Shown one piece after another: positions 28,540 through 40,872 of a stretch of 64,000 nt of DNA (position 1 is the first letter of the stretch; each line of letters begins with the position of its first letter). The position numbers were made by a program, and so were the translations under genes. The stretch comes from Octopus sinensis (lineage: Eukaryota), in the NCBI RefSeq assembly GCF_006345805.1, contig NC_043009.1, positions 24,118,001 to 24,182,000 of the forward strand. Reading direction: 5' to 3'. The notes beneath the pieces are model-generated. The model saw only the letters and a program-made list of their open reading frames with translations. It was not told the origin of the DNA and ran no database searches.

Positions 28540-29664
28540 GGTCAGGCAAAATGATCTGACACATTTGTAGGTTAAATAAAAGGCATTGTTTTTCGTTTCT
28601 TTTTCAGTTGCTGCCATGAATTGGACTGGTGAGCATCGCGCTTTCATTGTGGAAACGTTTATCAAAACAAACGATTCTGTAACTGCAACACAAAGAGCGT
28701 TCCGTTTGCACTTCAATCTTGGTAGACATGATCCCGTACCAGCTCGAAACACGATCTTGTTATGGGTTACCAACTTCAGAGCTACTGGATCTGCATTGAA
28801 ACGAAAATCAACCGGCCGACCTCGCACCGCCAGAACTCCAGAAAATGTGGCAGCGGTAAGAGCTTCAGTTCAACAGTCTCCACGCCGTTCCACATTTAAA
28901 CGCGCCCAGGCTCTTAGACTTTCCGAAAGAAGTTTGCGAAGAATTCTTCACAATGATCTTCAAATGCATCCATACAAAATGATGTTGGCACAAGAACTCA
29001 GCGAAAGAGACACTGAAACTCGCAGAGCATTGTGTTTGGAAATTCAACAACGTGTCCCCCATGCAGCAGTTGTGTTGTGCAGTGACGAGGCACATTTTCA
29101 CCTGTGTGGCACAGTGAATAAGCAAAACTTCAGATACTGGGCCGAGAACAACCCTCGTGAGTTGCATGAATTGAATTGAATATGCTCCACGATATGGACA
29201 ATGTTTGGTTTCAACAGGATGGGGCAACAGCCCACACTTCTCGACGTGCGATGGGGATTTTGAGGAATATGTTCCCTGGTCATTTGATCTCATTGCGTGC
29301 TGACATCGGTTGACCCGCCGTTTACCTGATTTAAATCCGTGCGATTTTTTTCTCTGGGGATACCTCAAGTCAAAGGTATACATTAATCGCACTCGATCTA
29401 TTGAACAACTTAAAGATGCAATTCGTCAAGAATTTACTGCCATTCCACATGAAATGACCCGCCGAGTTATTGACAACTTTCGTGAACGCCTTTGACAGTG
29501 TGTGGACAATAATGGATCCCATTTGACAGATTTAATTTTTAAAACATAATGAAACAAAATGGCATTATATGTACTTTTCAAAAATAAAAACACTTTTTTG
29601 TTTCTTTACTTCATTTGCCTTTTATTTAACCTACAAATGTGTCAGATCATTTTGTCTGACCCTG
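28537..29664 (+). mobile_element. Tc1/mariner DD41D (rosa/Visitor-type) element, internally deleted
   Basis: 49-bp TIRs with one mismatch; ORF MNWTGEHRAF...SDEAHFHL; QQDGA followed 41 residues later by NPCD once one stop and a 1-nt deletion are repaired. Confidence 0.85.
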
Positions 29665-29677
29665 TGTGTATATATAT

Positions 29678-29747
<70 letters not shown>

Positions 29748-29793
29748 GATTGTATGTTTATATATAATATTTTATACAGATACACTCGTGTAA

Positions 29794-29827
<34 letters not shown>

Positions 29828-29907
29828 CTATCTCATTACACCTGTGTGTCGTCTTAATAATATAACCCCTTAATTAATTCATTGTTCGCATTTATTTTCA
29901 TTCACAG

Positions 29908-30108
29908 AAGAAATCGCAGATTTCGGAACCATTTTGATGGACATGATAAAAAAGCTTGACGTTGATCGAATGTTCGACAATTACGTAGCAGATATCGAAC
30001 CTTTAAATTTTCCCGAGACAGGCGATATCCAAAATGTACAAGCTTTGACATGTTCGTGGAAAGGATCTTCCGGAATATGCTGTGCAAAGCCGAGTAGGGC
30101 TCCTCGTT
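29908..30108 (+). CDS. Gene B exon 2: acidic pro-region and TCSWKGSSGICCAKPSRAPR
   Basis: Acceptor ttttcattcacag, donor CGTT|gtaagt; 201 nt, phase 1-1; homologous to 11674-11865. Confidence 0.85.
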
Positions 30109-30739
30109 GTAAGTATGAGTTATCTTTCCTTAGTATTTTCCCCCTAAAATGAACGGTGCGTTATTTGTCTCTTAAAAGGTAGATTTGTGGCAGACTCAGA
30201 ACTATATAGAAGCGAAACAATGGTAATCAAATAATAGACTTCTAGAATATATATTATGTTGGTGCATAATTATTGCGGTTTTATCTTAACAAATTTTATT
30301 CAACAAAATCAATAACAATATTTATCAAAAACATTTTTAAATGACGGTCTGACCGTCTGCCAAGAAAATAGGAAGTAGTAATTGAAGTAGATGGTGATTA
30401 TGCTCCGGAATAATCATTTAAAGATGTTTTTGTTACATGCTGTTATTGTTTTTGTTGAATAAAATTTGTATGTATGTATGTATGTATGTATGTATGTATG
30501 TATGTATGTATGTATGTATGTATGTATGTATGTATGTATGCATGCATGTATGTATGTATGTGTGTGTGTATGCATGTATGTATGTATGTGTGTGTGTATG
30601 TATGTATGTATGTGTGTGTGTGTATGTATATATGGGTTATGTATGTATGTGTCTGTGTGTGGGTATGTATGTATTTGTGTATGTATGAATGCATGTATGG
30701 ATGTATGTATGTGTGTATGTGTTTGTGTGTGTGTGTGTG

Positions 30740-31390
30740 TGTGTGTTCTGAGTTCAAATTCCACCGAGGTCGAATTTGCCTTTCATCCTTTCAGGGTTCG
30801 ATGAAATAAATACCACTTGAGCAATGGGGTTGACATAACCGATTAGCCCTTCCAGCCAAAATCCCAGGTCCCTTGTGTTTATTATAGAAAGGATTATTAT
30901 TATATCCTCGATATCTAAGGAAACTGGTTGTGACCCGGTATCAAGGACATTGACTTCGCATGTAATACATTCGTGCGCTCCGTGAATAATAATAATCTAT
31001 TCTTGCTCTAGGCGCAAGGCTTGAAATTTTGGGGAATGGGGACCAGTCGATTAGATCGACCCCAGTACGCAACTGGTACTTGATTTATCGACCCCAAAAG
31101 GATGAAAGGCAAAGTCGACCTCGGTGGTGTTTGAACTCAGAAAGTAGCGGCAGACGAAATACTTATTTCTTTACTACCCACAAGGAGCTGAACACAGATA
31201 GGACAAAGAAGGACAGACAAACGGATTATGTCGATTATATCGACTCCAGTGCGTAACTGGTCCTTAATTTATCGACCCCGAAAGGATGAAAGGCAAAGTC
31301 GACCTCGGCAGAATTTGAACTCAGAACGTAACGGCAGTCGAAATACCGCTAAGCATTTCGCCCGGGGTGCTAACGTTTCTGCTAACGTTG
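30740..31390. mobile_element. Cluster of a third SINE family (ttctgagttcaaattccgccgaggtcgactttgcc type); also at 5470-5830, 44140-44400, 44620-44850 and 62645-63240
   Basis: Recurring blocks in both orientations with a tRNA-like head (gcgagctggcagaaacgttagc...). Confidence 0.7.
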
Positions 31391-31499
31391 TATTTATTAA
31401 ATAATAGTGAAATAAAGAAATCATTGTTATCATTCACAGTGCGCACGGATGTGTTATATTTGGAATCAATGTCCCTGGTACCGGATCATAACCAATTTC

Positions 31500-32190
31500 C
31501 TTAGATATCGAGAACGTTTCTTAGAATCATTGCTGTTCTAAATAGAAAAGATTTCTATATTAATACAATTCTCGTATCTAGAGCAATGTCAGTGAGGAAA
31601 CTTCGAAATCTCTTGGGATTACTTTTATAGAAACACTTCATATACTTCGCATTTTCCTTACCAAATCCTGATATTTTCCTATTTTTTCCTGTTTGACCAA
31701 CACATTTATATCCGCAGATATACCCCGATTTGTGATGAAGCACTCTTTTTAACCCATGTCCAGAAAGATAATATCTGGTCGCCTTGCTTGAGGTTTATGA
31801 TCAGTTTGTACAATAAAATCTCATAAGACTTTATACTGGTCGTTCTCTATCACAGTTTACGGTTGGTGTGTGTTGGTACCAGTTTGTTCTTACTTTAAAT
31901 TCTTTTTGCCTTAATATGTTCCAATGTAGTACCTTAGCTAAACAATCGTCTGTGTCTATATTCCTTCAGTACCAAAGAATGACAAGAGTTTATTATGTGC
32001 ACTACGGATTCTTCTTTGTCATTACATACTCTGCACATTGCACTTTTCGTAGATTTCTCTATTTTGGCCTTAACGATTTTCGTCTGCAATGACGGGGTTT
32101 GAGCAACAAATAAGAGACCTCCCGTTTCTGTCTTAAATTCTCCAGTCTTCAGGCAAAATCAAGACTCAGCTATTGTAACATTCTGCGTTT
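31500..32190 (-). mobile_element. Highly degenerate R4/Dong C-terminal (CCHC and REL) remnant
   Basis: Minus strand KQEKIGKYQDL...KVIP and an upstream KC.....SAH..L-like segment, broken by many stops. Confidence 0.5.
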
Positions 32191-32335
32191 GTCTGTTATT
32201 TATATTGTTTACACGTTGTAAAACCCATTATATCATCCTGTTTTTGTCTTTTATGTTGTATGTGTTTTAATGTAATTTTATGTGACGCCTTATGGATAAT
32301 AAAAGAACGAATTATTATTATTATTATCATCATCA

Positions 32336-32403
<68 letters not shown>

Positions 32404-32589
32404 ACCAACGCCTTAGCGAAGGCGGAGGTATTGTTTTTCAGTCGTGTTTGCTTGTTTGGCCGTGGACAAGATATCCCAAGAACCGCTGGGTGGATTCGAG
32501 ATGTTTGGCCTCGTGACTGGCAGGAACTGATAAGGCTTTGAGATCGATCTGGTACTGGACAAAGATTCTGGATTATTTTTCCTTTTTGT

Positions 32590-33025
32590 TTACTTAATTT
32601 TTGAGAGCAAACTAAGGTGAAACTTGTTTACTGGTCATGCACCAAGAACCCTGCGAAACATTCTTGCAGTTCCAAGCAATGTTGATTTTTGTAGGTGTTC
32701 TACCTTTACACTTGTACCAGTCTTTGTCAGCCATGCTGGAAGTTGAGTGCTGATACTTCCAAGTGCACCAATTACTATTGGTATCACGTCTACTCTGTTC
32801 ATTGACCACGACTTTCGTATTTTCCACTTCAAATCATCATAGTTGTTTATTTTTTCTTCTTCCTGGAGACGCTATGTCGATTATCATGCATGTTCTTTTT
32901 TTTCATTCACCGCAAAATGTCCGGTTTCCGATATCTGATCGGGTGATCGCACTGGATCATTGCATTCCACAAGATTTTGTAATTCTCATTTTCGGTGACT
33001 CCTTCTGGAATTTATTCATACCTTT
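32590..33025 (-). mobile_element. R4/Dong-type LINE 3' fragment (REL endonuclease region)
   Basis: RTCMIIDIASPG...VDVIPIVIGALGSI...VEHLQKSTLLGTARMFRRVLGA*; abuts (TTC)n/(TAT)n. Confidence 0.75.
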
Positions 33026-33079
33026 CTTCTTCTTCTTCTTCTTCTTCTTCTTCTTCTTCTTCTTCTTCTTCTTCTTCTT

Positions 33080-33110
<31 letters not shown>

Positions 33111-33704
33111 GTATTATTATAATTATTATTATTATTATTATTGAGTGAGGGAATAGTGCATGCCATCAAAGTGACACTGGGGTAAAATATACGAAGCTCA
33201 GTATACCCATCATGACTACACGTCTGATAAGGGTAGGCCAGGGACATGCATCACAATCATATGTGCGTGACATGGTGATCTCATATTAAGATAAAGAGCG
33301 TATGACATTGCAGATGGGGTCTAGTTAGAGTTTTCATGAGGTCGAGTAACCCATCCTACTCCAAAGGTCACTGAATAAGGGTTGTTTAACATGTTGAACA
33401 AAACACCCATGTTTCCAGAGGTGAATTGTTCAAACTCCAAAGAATCCCTCTCAACACATGGCTATGATGCACCCCCACTACTTCTGCTTATGATCAAAGA
33501 TGCACATATCGTCAGCCACTAAGGGACATGCTCAACTCTTTAAGGTCAAACAACTGACAAGCAAATCTGTGGTACTGAGCAGAATATTTGCTGTAAAGCC
33601 CATCTTTTATACCAAGACAAAACAATGTACATGGTAACACTTCCAATCAGTTAAGATCAGCAGTCATGAGAGCCACTGCCTGGTGCTGCATCAGGGCATG
33701 CCTT

Positions 33705-33780
<76 letters not shown>

Positions 33781-34334
33781 CCCTGATGCAGTACCAGGCA
33801 GTGGCTCTCATGGCTTCTGATCTTAACTGATTGGAAGTGTTATCATGTACATTGTTTTGTCTTGGTATAAAAGATGGGCTACAGCAAATATTCTGCTCAA
33901 TACCACAGATTTGCTTGTCAGTTGTTTGGCCTTAACCAGTTGAGCATGTCCCTTAGTGGCTCACGATATGTGCATCTCTGATCACGAGCAGAAGTAGTGG
34001 GGGAGCATCATGGCCATGTGTTGAGAGGGATTCTTTGGGGTTTGAATAATTCACCTCTGGAAACATAGGTGTTTCGTTCAACATCCTAAAGCAACCCTTA
34101 TTCAGGGACCTTTTGAGCAGGGTGGGCTACTCAACCTGAAGAAAATTCTAACTGGGCTCCACCTGCAAGGTCATGTGCTGTTTATCTTGATATGAGATCA
34201 CCATGTCGCGCACATATGGTTGTGATGCATGTGCCTGGTGTACCTTTATCAGACGGGTAGTCATGATGGGTATATTGGGCTTCGTATATTTTACCCCAGT
34301 GTCACTTTGATGGCATGAATCTGCTCTCTCACTC

Positions 34335-34388
<54 letters not shown>

Positions 34389-34410
34389 CATAATAATAAT
34401 AATAATAATA

Positions 34411-34455
<45 letters not shown>

Positions 34456-34536
34456 GTTACATGGTTTGACTTTTGCTTTGTATCATCATCATCATCATCA
34501 TTATTATCATCATTCTTCTTCTTCTTCTTCTTCTTA

Positions 34537-34574
<38 letters not shown>

Positions 34575-35128
34575 GAGTGAGAGAGCAGTTCATGCCATCA
34601 AAGTGACACTGGGGTAAAATATACGAAGCCCAATATACCCATCATGACTACCCGTCTGATAAAGGTACACCAGGCACATGCATCACAACCATATGTGCGC
34701 GACATGGTGATCTCATATCAAGATAAACAGCACATGACCTTGCAGGTGGGGCCCAGTTAGAATTTTCTTCAGGTTGAGTAGCCCATCCCGCTCAAACGGT
34801 CCCTGAATAAGGGTTGTTTAAGGATGTTGAAAGAACCACCCATGTTTCCAGAGGTGAACTATTCAAACCCCAAAGAATCCCTCTCAACACATGGCTATGA
34901 TGCTCCCCCACTACTTCTGCTCATGATCAGAGATGCACATATCGTCAGCCACTAAGGGACATGCTCAACTGGTTAAGGTCAAACAACTGACAAGCAAATC
35001 TGTGGTATTGAGCAGAATATTTGCTGTAGCCCATCTTTTATACCAAGACAAAACAATGTACATGATAACACTTCCAATCAGTTAAGATCAGAAGCCATGA
35101 GAGCCACTGCCTGGTACTGCATCAGGGC

Positions 35129-35140
<12 letters not shown>

Positions 35141-35161
<21 letters not shown>

Positions 35162-35320
35162 CATTATTATTATTATTATTATTATTATCTCATAGATACA
35201 TTTTTATTTCCACTTTTAGTGTGTTTACGTTATTATTATTATTATTATTATCATTATTATTATTATTATTATTATTATCTCATAGATACATTTTTATTTC
35301 CACTTTTAGTGTGTTTACGT
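35141..35320. repeat. Perfect 90-nt tandem duplication containing the gene B exon 3 splice acceptor
   Basis: 35141-35230 is identical to 35231-35320. Confidence 0.9.
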
Positions 35321-35393
35321 GTTAAGTTAAGCAGTGGAGAAATTGCAATAATGATGAGATTTTATCGATTCACACTTCTTTCGGAAAAAATAC
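35310..35393 (+). CDS. Gene B exon 3, 84 nt (LCLRVKLSSGEIAIMMRFYRFTLLSEKI)
   Basis: Acceptor tttccacttttag, donor ATAC|gtaagt; 84 nt, phase 1-1, like both gene A middle exons; a duplicate acceptor lies 90 nt upstream. Confidence 0.85.
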
Positions 35394-36243
35394 GTAAGTA
35401 CGAGCGCGTTACATAATTATATTTTCACATTATTTGCTGCTTAGAAGAAATTCGTAGAAATGGAGACGGTTAAAATGATCCACGGTGTATTTTTTTCATT
35501 ATTTTTTCTCGATGTGGCGTCCGTGCATGTGCACTTGCCCTGAAATATGAAGGCTCGAAACAACTCGGTCGACCGGTTTGGGTGTTGGATGCTTTGCACG
35601 GGAATAAGACGTAATTCAATCTATATTGTGTCACAGTGGGTATGTACTATCCGAAGTGTGGTACAGATGTATATCCAGAATGATGTGTGCAGTTTCAGAG
35701 TTGCAATTTACCGGATTCTTTGCGACGAGCATGGAACTACAAAGAGGGTTAACTTTGATCGCCATCTCGACCATTTACCGCGACTTTTGAGCAGAGAAGC
35801 AAGCGCTGCAAAAATCCCATTTGAACAGACGATGCGCTGGTAGTGCTGAGCTGTTGGGCCAGGCACAGTTTCCTGTGATTGGACGGCCTGCCCTACGAAC
35901 TCTAGTTTGACATGCTAGAATTGTCTATTCCTGTCTCCGCAGCTGTCTGTTGCAGTTTGTCTAAGACTTGGTGCTGTTCCATTAGAGATAGCCGAGAAAT
36001 GGCGATGCTACTGAAAAACGATGAGAACAAGAGGGATGGAATAGAAGCTTCAAGCCTGCAACTTTACTTTACGAAGAGTTACAAATTTTGGTAAAAGTGC
36101 CTACCTAATATCTGATACTTTCATTGGTTGTGTGGTCGCCGCAGACACGTAAACCTGTGTGAGCTTTGGCATATCTGTCCACACATGCAGTATATCTTTA
36201 TTGTTATTGTTATTGTTATTTTTATTGCTGCTACTACTACTAT

Positions 36244-36322
<79 letters not shown>

Positions 36323-36415
36323 ATTATGTATTATATATATGTATATGTATGTATATATGTATATATATGTATATAAGTGGATATATATATGTTCATATAT
36401 ACATATATACATACA

Positions 36416-36459
<44 letters not shown>

Positions 36460-36910
36460 ATTATGTATTATATATATGTATATGTATGTATATATGTATA
36501 TATATGTATATATGTGGATATATATATGTGCATATATACATATATACATACATATATATATATATATATACTTACTATATTCTTTTAAAAAACTTTAGAA
36601 ATATATACAAACTATACAAATATTCTTTTAAAAAAGCTTTTCTTTTAAGTTTTCTAAATTTAATTGTTTAATTGTTACAGTTTAAAAAGTCTCAATGACT
36701 GAAACCGGTACTGAAATGTTTTTTTATAAAATCATTTTTGCATTTTCTATCTTGACTTTTTTTCCATATATATATATATATTTTAAATTTGATATTTTAT
36801 AGATTATGTATATTATATTAATTATTTTTATTTTTATGTTTTGGTTTATGCTTTTCACTGTTTGATTTGCCTAATAGTGTTTTTATCTCTAATTTAATTG
36901 ATATATATAT

Positions 36911-37656
36911 GATTGATGACGCAACCTTTCGTGTACATGTTGCTAAATTGGCAATGAAATGTAGACGACTGGCCGGATGGATTCTTAGAACCTTTAGAAC
37001 AAGAGAACAAGAAACCATGATGGTCCTCTGGAGGACACTTGTCCTAAGCCACTTTGACTATTGCTCTCAGCTATGGTCACCATCCAGTGTCAAGTTGATC
37101 ACAGACCTTGAGGCGATCCAACGTAGCTACACGAAGAAGATAGCCTCTGTGCAGCATATAAGCTACTGGGAAAGACTCAAGAGATTAAAACTCTATTCCT
37201 TGGAGCGTAGGCGAGAAAGATATGCCATAATATACATCTGGAAGATCCTGGAGGGACTTGTCCCAAACTTTGGCATCGAGAGTTACACAAATGTCAGAAC
37301 TGGGCGCCACTGCGTGGTGCCAAGGACTCCAAATTTGCCATCAAGATGTAGGACAAGATACTGTGATAGCCTGGGCTTCCGAGGCCCACAGCTCTTCAAT
37401 ATCCTCCCGAAGAACCTAAGAGACCTGCATGGGGTGGATGCAAATGTCTTTAAAATGAAACTGGATCTCTTCTTGTCAGGTATCCCAGATGAACCAACTT
37501 CACGGCAGGAGGTGCAGATGAGGGCAGCTGCATCGAACTCTCTCATGCACTAAATGGCAGTTGCTAAAAAGCATTCGTGAAGTAAAACCATATAGCAACA
37601 CCAGATGGTGGTGCCCCAGCATGGCCACAGCTCGTGAGCTGAAACTAGATAAAAAA
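36911..37656 (+). mobile_element. 5'-truncated CR1-type LINE, C-terminal ORF2 (about 214 aa open) with 3' UTR and A-rich tail
   Basis: LVLSHFDYCSQLWSP, LEAIQR and LKLYSLERRRERY..IWKI motifs. Confidence 0.9.
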
Positions 37657-37674
37657 AATATATATACATATATA

Positions 37675-37756
<82 letters not shown>

Positions 37757-38141
37757 CATATACATATACATATATACATATATTTCAACCACAGTTGAAA
37801 CACTCTGGGGTTTTGAAGACTGCTTTAATGCAAGAAAGTAAACTAGTCCCTTAATATCTAATATTTTATATTCAATGTTTCATCTATTCAATAAGATAAT
37901 CAATACTTCATTTCATTTTACTATATATATTATTTATACTATATATTCTATATTCTACATTAATATTATAAAAAATATAAATAAAACATAAAAAGCAGAC
38001 AGAGTTGTAATTTCTTTGAATAATATATATCCCTCTATATACAATCATAGAAACCCCTTTATATATATATATGTATGTATATATATACATATATATATAT
38101 ATTATATATATATAATATATATATATATATTATATATATAT

Positions 38142-38232
<91 letters not shown>

Positions 38233-38246
38233 ATATATATAATATA

Positions 38247-38277
<31 letters not shown>

Positions 38278-38284
38278 CACCGTG

Positions 38285-38870
38285 GATGACAAATGAGCCT
38301 TCAGTAAAATAAGCAGTAATCGTGATCTACGGACATGAATGTGTATCTTGAGGCCTGCTGGTGCCTTGCAGACCTTTTGGTAAACAGAATGAGCTGAGGA
38401 CATAGTTTGCTCGAGTGCTTGTGGATCATACACTATGTGTTTTCTGGAATAAAGTGGGCAAGTCCTGCTTTGCTACGTTGCTACAAAACCACAATGACAG
38501 GTAAGGTTTTCATTTAGAGAATCAGTGTTACGCTAGCGTGCCATAATACTTGCACCTAAGATGGTTCCGAAGTTGGGATCAACTTTTCTCAAGTCTTTGA
38601 ACTGAGGAGAATCAGGATTAGCGCCAAGTCCTGCGTTCTAATGCATTGTTGTCCCCAGGAAGGAAAAGGAATGATGCATCGTTTGAGGTTGTCTTTTAGT
38701 TTGTCTTTGAAGTGCAAGAGTGGCTTTTCAACTGATCTTCCTGTTGCTCATTAGCCAAAGAGAAGTTGCTTCGGAATTCTTATATCTTTCATACGTGAGA
38801 GATAATCTGACCATCTAAGCTGTATTTTGATGAGGACGGCTTCAATACCTGATATGTTGCATTTTGTTAG
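38285..38870 (-). mobile_element. Degenerate RTE-clade LINE 3' remnant
   Basis: IEAVLIKIQLRWSDYLSRMKDIRIPKQLLFG, and downstream QKVCKAPAGLKIH (RTE C-terminal zinc-finger-like). Confidence 0.65.
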
Positions 38871-39401
38871 TATCTAACTGTTGTGAATATGGTCACACGG
38901 TTTTATGCTGGAGACGAACAACATATACGTAACGAGCTTCCACACAATTTCTGACTAACAAATTCACTCAGAAGGCAATAGCCGGTTCTGAGCTCAGAGT
39001 AACTTGCCCAAGAAGCTGCGCATGGTGGAACATTACCCAGAACAACATGACTGCAAAACGAACTTCGTGACCATACATCTACGAGGGAACGTGTGTGAGT
39101 GCGTGTGTGTGTCTGTGTGTGTGTCACCACCACCACCACCACCACCACTACCACTAACAACAACAACGGCAGCAATAGCAGCAACAACATCATCATCATC
39201 ATCATCATCATCGTCGTCGTCATCGTCCTCATCTACCTCCTCCTCCTCCTCCTCATCATCATCATCATACCCTCCCCCGTCCTCCTCATCATCATCAGCA
39301 ACAATGACGACGATGGTGACGGCGACGACGGTGGCAGAATATATTGAAATATTTCTTGTTTCTCTAATTCCTAAATGTTAATTTCTTATATTATTTTGCA
39401 G

Positions 39402-39574
39402 ACGGCGCTGTAACCAAGACCTTCTATATTCGTTTTGGACCCCTACAGTACTGGTTAACAGTCTCCGTGAAAAGCATCACAGATCATTTCGCCAACGTGT
39501 GTTTCAGTCTCAAATACAAAGTATTTAGGGTCATACGGAACGAATCTCTGGGCTGCTTTAGTAAAAAATTTTGA
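39402..39574 (+). CDS. Gene B terminal exon (HGAVTKTFYIRFGPLQYWLTVSVKSITDHFANVCFSLKYKVFRVIRNESLGCFSKKF*); spliced CDS 552 nt, 183 aa secreted DUF4773-like protein
   Basis: Acceptor ttattttgcag, phase 1; TGA at 39572-39574 followed immediately by AATAAA; the four exons join in one open frame. Confidence 0.85.
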
Positions 39575-39908
39575 AATAAAAAACCAGTATAACAAAATGA
39601 ACCGAGTCAAATATTCACTCTTTTATGGGAAGATTGAAACAAAAATTTCTCGAAGGTCAAAGGACTGACTTATGGCGAAGAAAATTCCATGGAAAAATTG
39701 GAATGAGTACAAAAAAAAAATAAATAAATTAAAATAAATAAAATAAAAAAATGATTTATATATTCCGTGAATTATCAATCCGCTTTGCTTGATGCAGAAC
39801 TGATAGTGCTTTGTAGTCAGGGGATCATCCTACCTGTAAGGAGATTAGAGTTTTGTACTTGTTTGAAATAAATAAATGTTTCTCCAGAAAAATCTCAAGC
39901 CTTCAAGA

Positions 39909-39990
39909 ATGCACCTTGTCCATTTGATCTTTACCTTTTCAGTTATCCTAGTCATTGCTTTCATGAATTCTGCTTCTTGCTCTTTTATCG
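39909..39990 (+). CDS. Gene C candidate exon 1: signal peptide MHLVHLIFTFSVILVIAFMNSASCSFI
   Basis: Acceptor tgtttctccag ends at 39887, 21-nt UTR, ATG, long hydrophobic stretch, phase-1 donor ATCG|gtatgt; same layout as gene B exon 1. Confidence 0.55.
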
Positions 39991-40190
39991 GTATGTTAGT
40001 TTCCCCATTCCTACTTTGGCCAATATTGCTCAACTTCTTTCATTGAGCTTTTATGAAGGTTGGGAGTGGTGAAAAAACCCTCCATTAGTCACATGGGTGT
40101 GTTGTCCACCCAGATTTTTTTCAAATGCTCGTAATTTATAGTTGGCAACTTTTTTTTCCTTCGCTCCATTACTCTACCCTTCTGACTCAG

Positions 40191-40276
40191 CAATTTCAAC
40201 TTATGGAAACATTTTGTGTCTAGTTTTGAGAAAAAGAAAATATTGGGTGGTCCTGAAAGTTCGTGCCGATTTTTAA
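40191..40276 (+). pseudogene. Gene C candidate exon 2 (AISTYGNILCLVLRKRKY), running into a mariner TIR and stopping at 40276
   Basis: Long polypyrimidine acceptor ending ctgactcag; the phase-1 frame resembles gene B EIADFGTILMDMIKK over about 15 aa; mariner begins after TA at 40241-40242; no Cys domain found downstream. Confidence 0.35.
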
Positions 40277-40872
40277 AGGAAAGAAAAAGGTCAATAAATA
40301 CTTGCCATTACAATTTTAAGCAACCAAATACGGACCATTTTGTTGCACAATGCGTCTCCATCTTTCCTTTAACTTGAAAACACTCTTCCCAGAATTGAGG
40401 TGGTTTCATGGCCAAGAATTCATCAAGGTATCTTTTTACGTCATCTAAGGAATTGTAATTTTTACCATTAAGATATTCTGCAGAGACCTGAATAAGTAGA
40501 AATCCGAAGGAGCAATACCTGGTAAATATGGAGGGTGGGGTAACACATCCCAGCCGAGCCGCAGCAATTTTTGTGTGGTACCCAAAGCATCAAGTGCCAA
40601 AAATGAACTTTCTTATCTTCCATTTTAAAGGGCTACAGAATTAACGCAGGTTATAAGAACATAAACCTTCTTCCACGAAAAGATAGCTTAAACTGTGCTC
40701 TAAATGGAGGTGTAGTCAAATCCTATTTTATGGACACGAACTTTCCGGACAACCTAATAGTTCAGTTGATAAACGTCAGTAGTGAAATCCTATTTTATGG
40801 ACTAAACCATGTTCGAAAATAAGTCGAAAGGTAAGCTGTCATAAATCGGCACAAACTTTCCGGACAACCCAT
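40243..40872 (-). mobile_element. Internally deleted mariner with a duplicated right end (first end at 40757, second at 40872)
   Basis: TIR ttgggtggtcctgaaagttcgtgccgatt versus aatcggcacaaactttccggacaacccat; minus strand GWDVLPHPPYLPGIAPSDFYLF. Confidence 0.8.

Noticed and set aside
36278-36560. About 137-nt imperfect tandem duplication of microsatellite blocks
   Set aside because: Present in the sequence, but it looks like ordinary slippage or unequal crossover with no functional signal.
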